Source: Geosiphon pyriformis uo1 (taxonomy: Eukaryota; Fungi; Glomeromycota). From it: a stretch of 64,000 nt of DNA. The notes beneath the pieces are model-generated. The model was not told the origin of the DNA, made no database searches, and saw nothing but the letters and a program-made list of their open reading frames with translations. The first letter of the stretch is position 1, and the number at the start of each line of letters is the position of its first letter. A program made the position numbers and the translations under genes. Of this stretch, positions 62,884-64,000 are shown piece by piece. The stretch lies in assembly GCA_016748015.1 (NCBI GenBank), contig JAAOMT010000046.1, forward strand, positions 124,001 to 188,000. The letters run 5' to 3'.

Positions 62884-64000
62884 CAATTAAAGAAGAAAAA
62901 AACTCTTTTTCTCTTAATTTTCATAACCATGACTAGAGCTAAAAGTAAAAAAGTTGCAAACAGTACTTTTCCTATAGTAACTAATAAAGTTTCAACACAA
63001 AAAAGTCTCTCTGTTATTGAAGCAACTAGACAAAACATTCTGACTACATTTTTTTTAAAAAATATTAATGAAAAGCTGTTTTTAGTGACTTCTGGTTCAT
63101 TTTTTTACCTTTGGCTGGTGGTTCTTCTCCAGTCAAAGTTTTTTTCAAAAGACACACTTGGGTTAATTTTAGTGTTGTCTCTACTACTTCTAAAAGCCCA
63201 AAGATTTTTAATAACAAACCAGTTAACAAGCTGGTCTTTCCTACTCTCACAACTCCCATTACTACTATTACTACTACTGCTTCACAAATGATTATGAATG
63301 CAAAAAATTCCAAAAAACAGCAGCAGGCAGTCACAACTGCTATGGTCACACCAAACCACTTTGTGGTTTTAGATAAGATCTTGGATAAGATTTCCACAAC
63401 AACAGCCAGCTCTTTTTCTGATAAAAATGGCAACAACAATGGCATATCTCCAAGATCAACTACTGGCTGTGTTGCCTGATGTGTTACTCTCTAGCAGATC
63501 ATTGCCAATTCCAGAAACAAAACAGTTCATCATTTCAGATGATCTCAAAGATTAGACTGATCAGATGGAAATGGAATCAACTGTTCCTCCTCCAGTTTTT
63601 GGTGTTGTTAATGATGATGCTTGAGAAAATGTGAATGGTTATCAAAAATTCTCTGGTTAGATGACCTCCAATCTAGTATCTGGTGCTACATTTAAGATCA
63701 AGATGGCTTTGCTTAGTTCTTTGTTTCAGTTGCTGTCTGGTTGCATTGGGCTTAAGTCTGTTTTAAGAGATGCTGTTAAGTTGTTCTGTGTAGAATTTGC
63801 ATCTCAGAAGAGTCTAAATAGTGCCACCAAAGTGGCCATTGGTAATGAGGTTTTTTTGACCACTTTTAAGATTGCATGGTCTTCTGGTGTGGTCTTTGTT
63901 TCTTTTCTTTCTTTGTTGGTTGCACTTTATGATATGCTTTTGAGTATATCTTCTAATAACATCAAAACTGCTCTTGGCATTTTTGGTGTTGTCACTTCTG
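62884..64000 (+). mobile_element. ORF1-only retroelement copy 6, 5' half (runs off the window)
   Basis: Same 5' motif and N-terminus (MTRAKSKKVAN). Confidence 0.88.

Overview
This 64-kb window is a eukaryotic, gene-free nest of retrotransposons. It is strongly CpG-depleted and C>T/G>A mutated. The element families resemble those I associate with Glomeromycotina fungi such as Geosiphon, which is inference only. Contents: (1) LINE family A on the minus strand (1-6103) with ORF1 (2xRRM + CCHC) and ORF2 (APE-RT-RNase H). (2) LINE family B as a 5'-truncated copy with TSD (29129-32664) and an internally deleted fragment (19820-20622). (3) Five long copies and several stubs of a ~2.4-kb polyadenylated element encoding ONLY an ORF1/gag-like protein; two copies have 13-16 bp TSDs, and the 3' tail is shared with LINE B. 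(4) Seven copies or fragments of Ty3/Gypsy family G1, one complete with TSD (50122-57736), with a -1 slippery site and an extra ORF3 downstream of integrase. (5) One complete Ty3/Gypsy family G2 (37803-47998, minus) carrying a Cys-rich domain, a dUTPase and its own ORF3. (6) A solo LTR of a third family (14585-16004), a G1 solo/recombinant LTR, a ~2.4-kb extremely AT-rich relic and a 20-N gap flanked by an artefactual duplication. No host gene, RNA gene or CRISPR array was recognised. Nearly all TE ORFs are pseudogenised. The best candidates for new biology are the ORF1-only retroelement parasitising LINE B and the shared non-env ORF3 of the Gypsy families. All alignments were done by eye.
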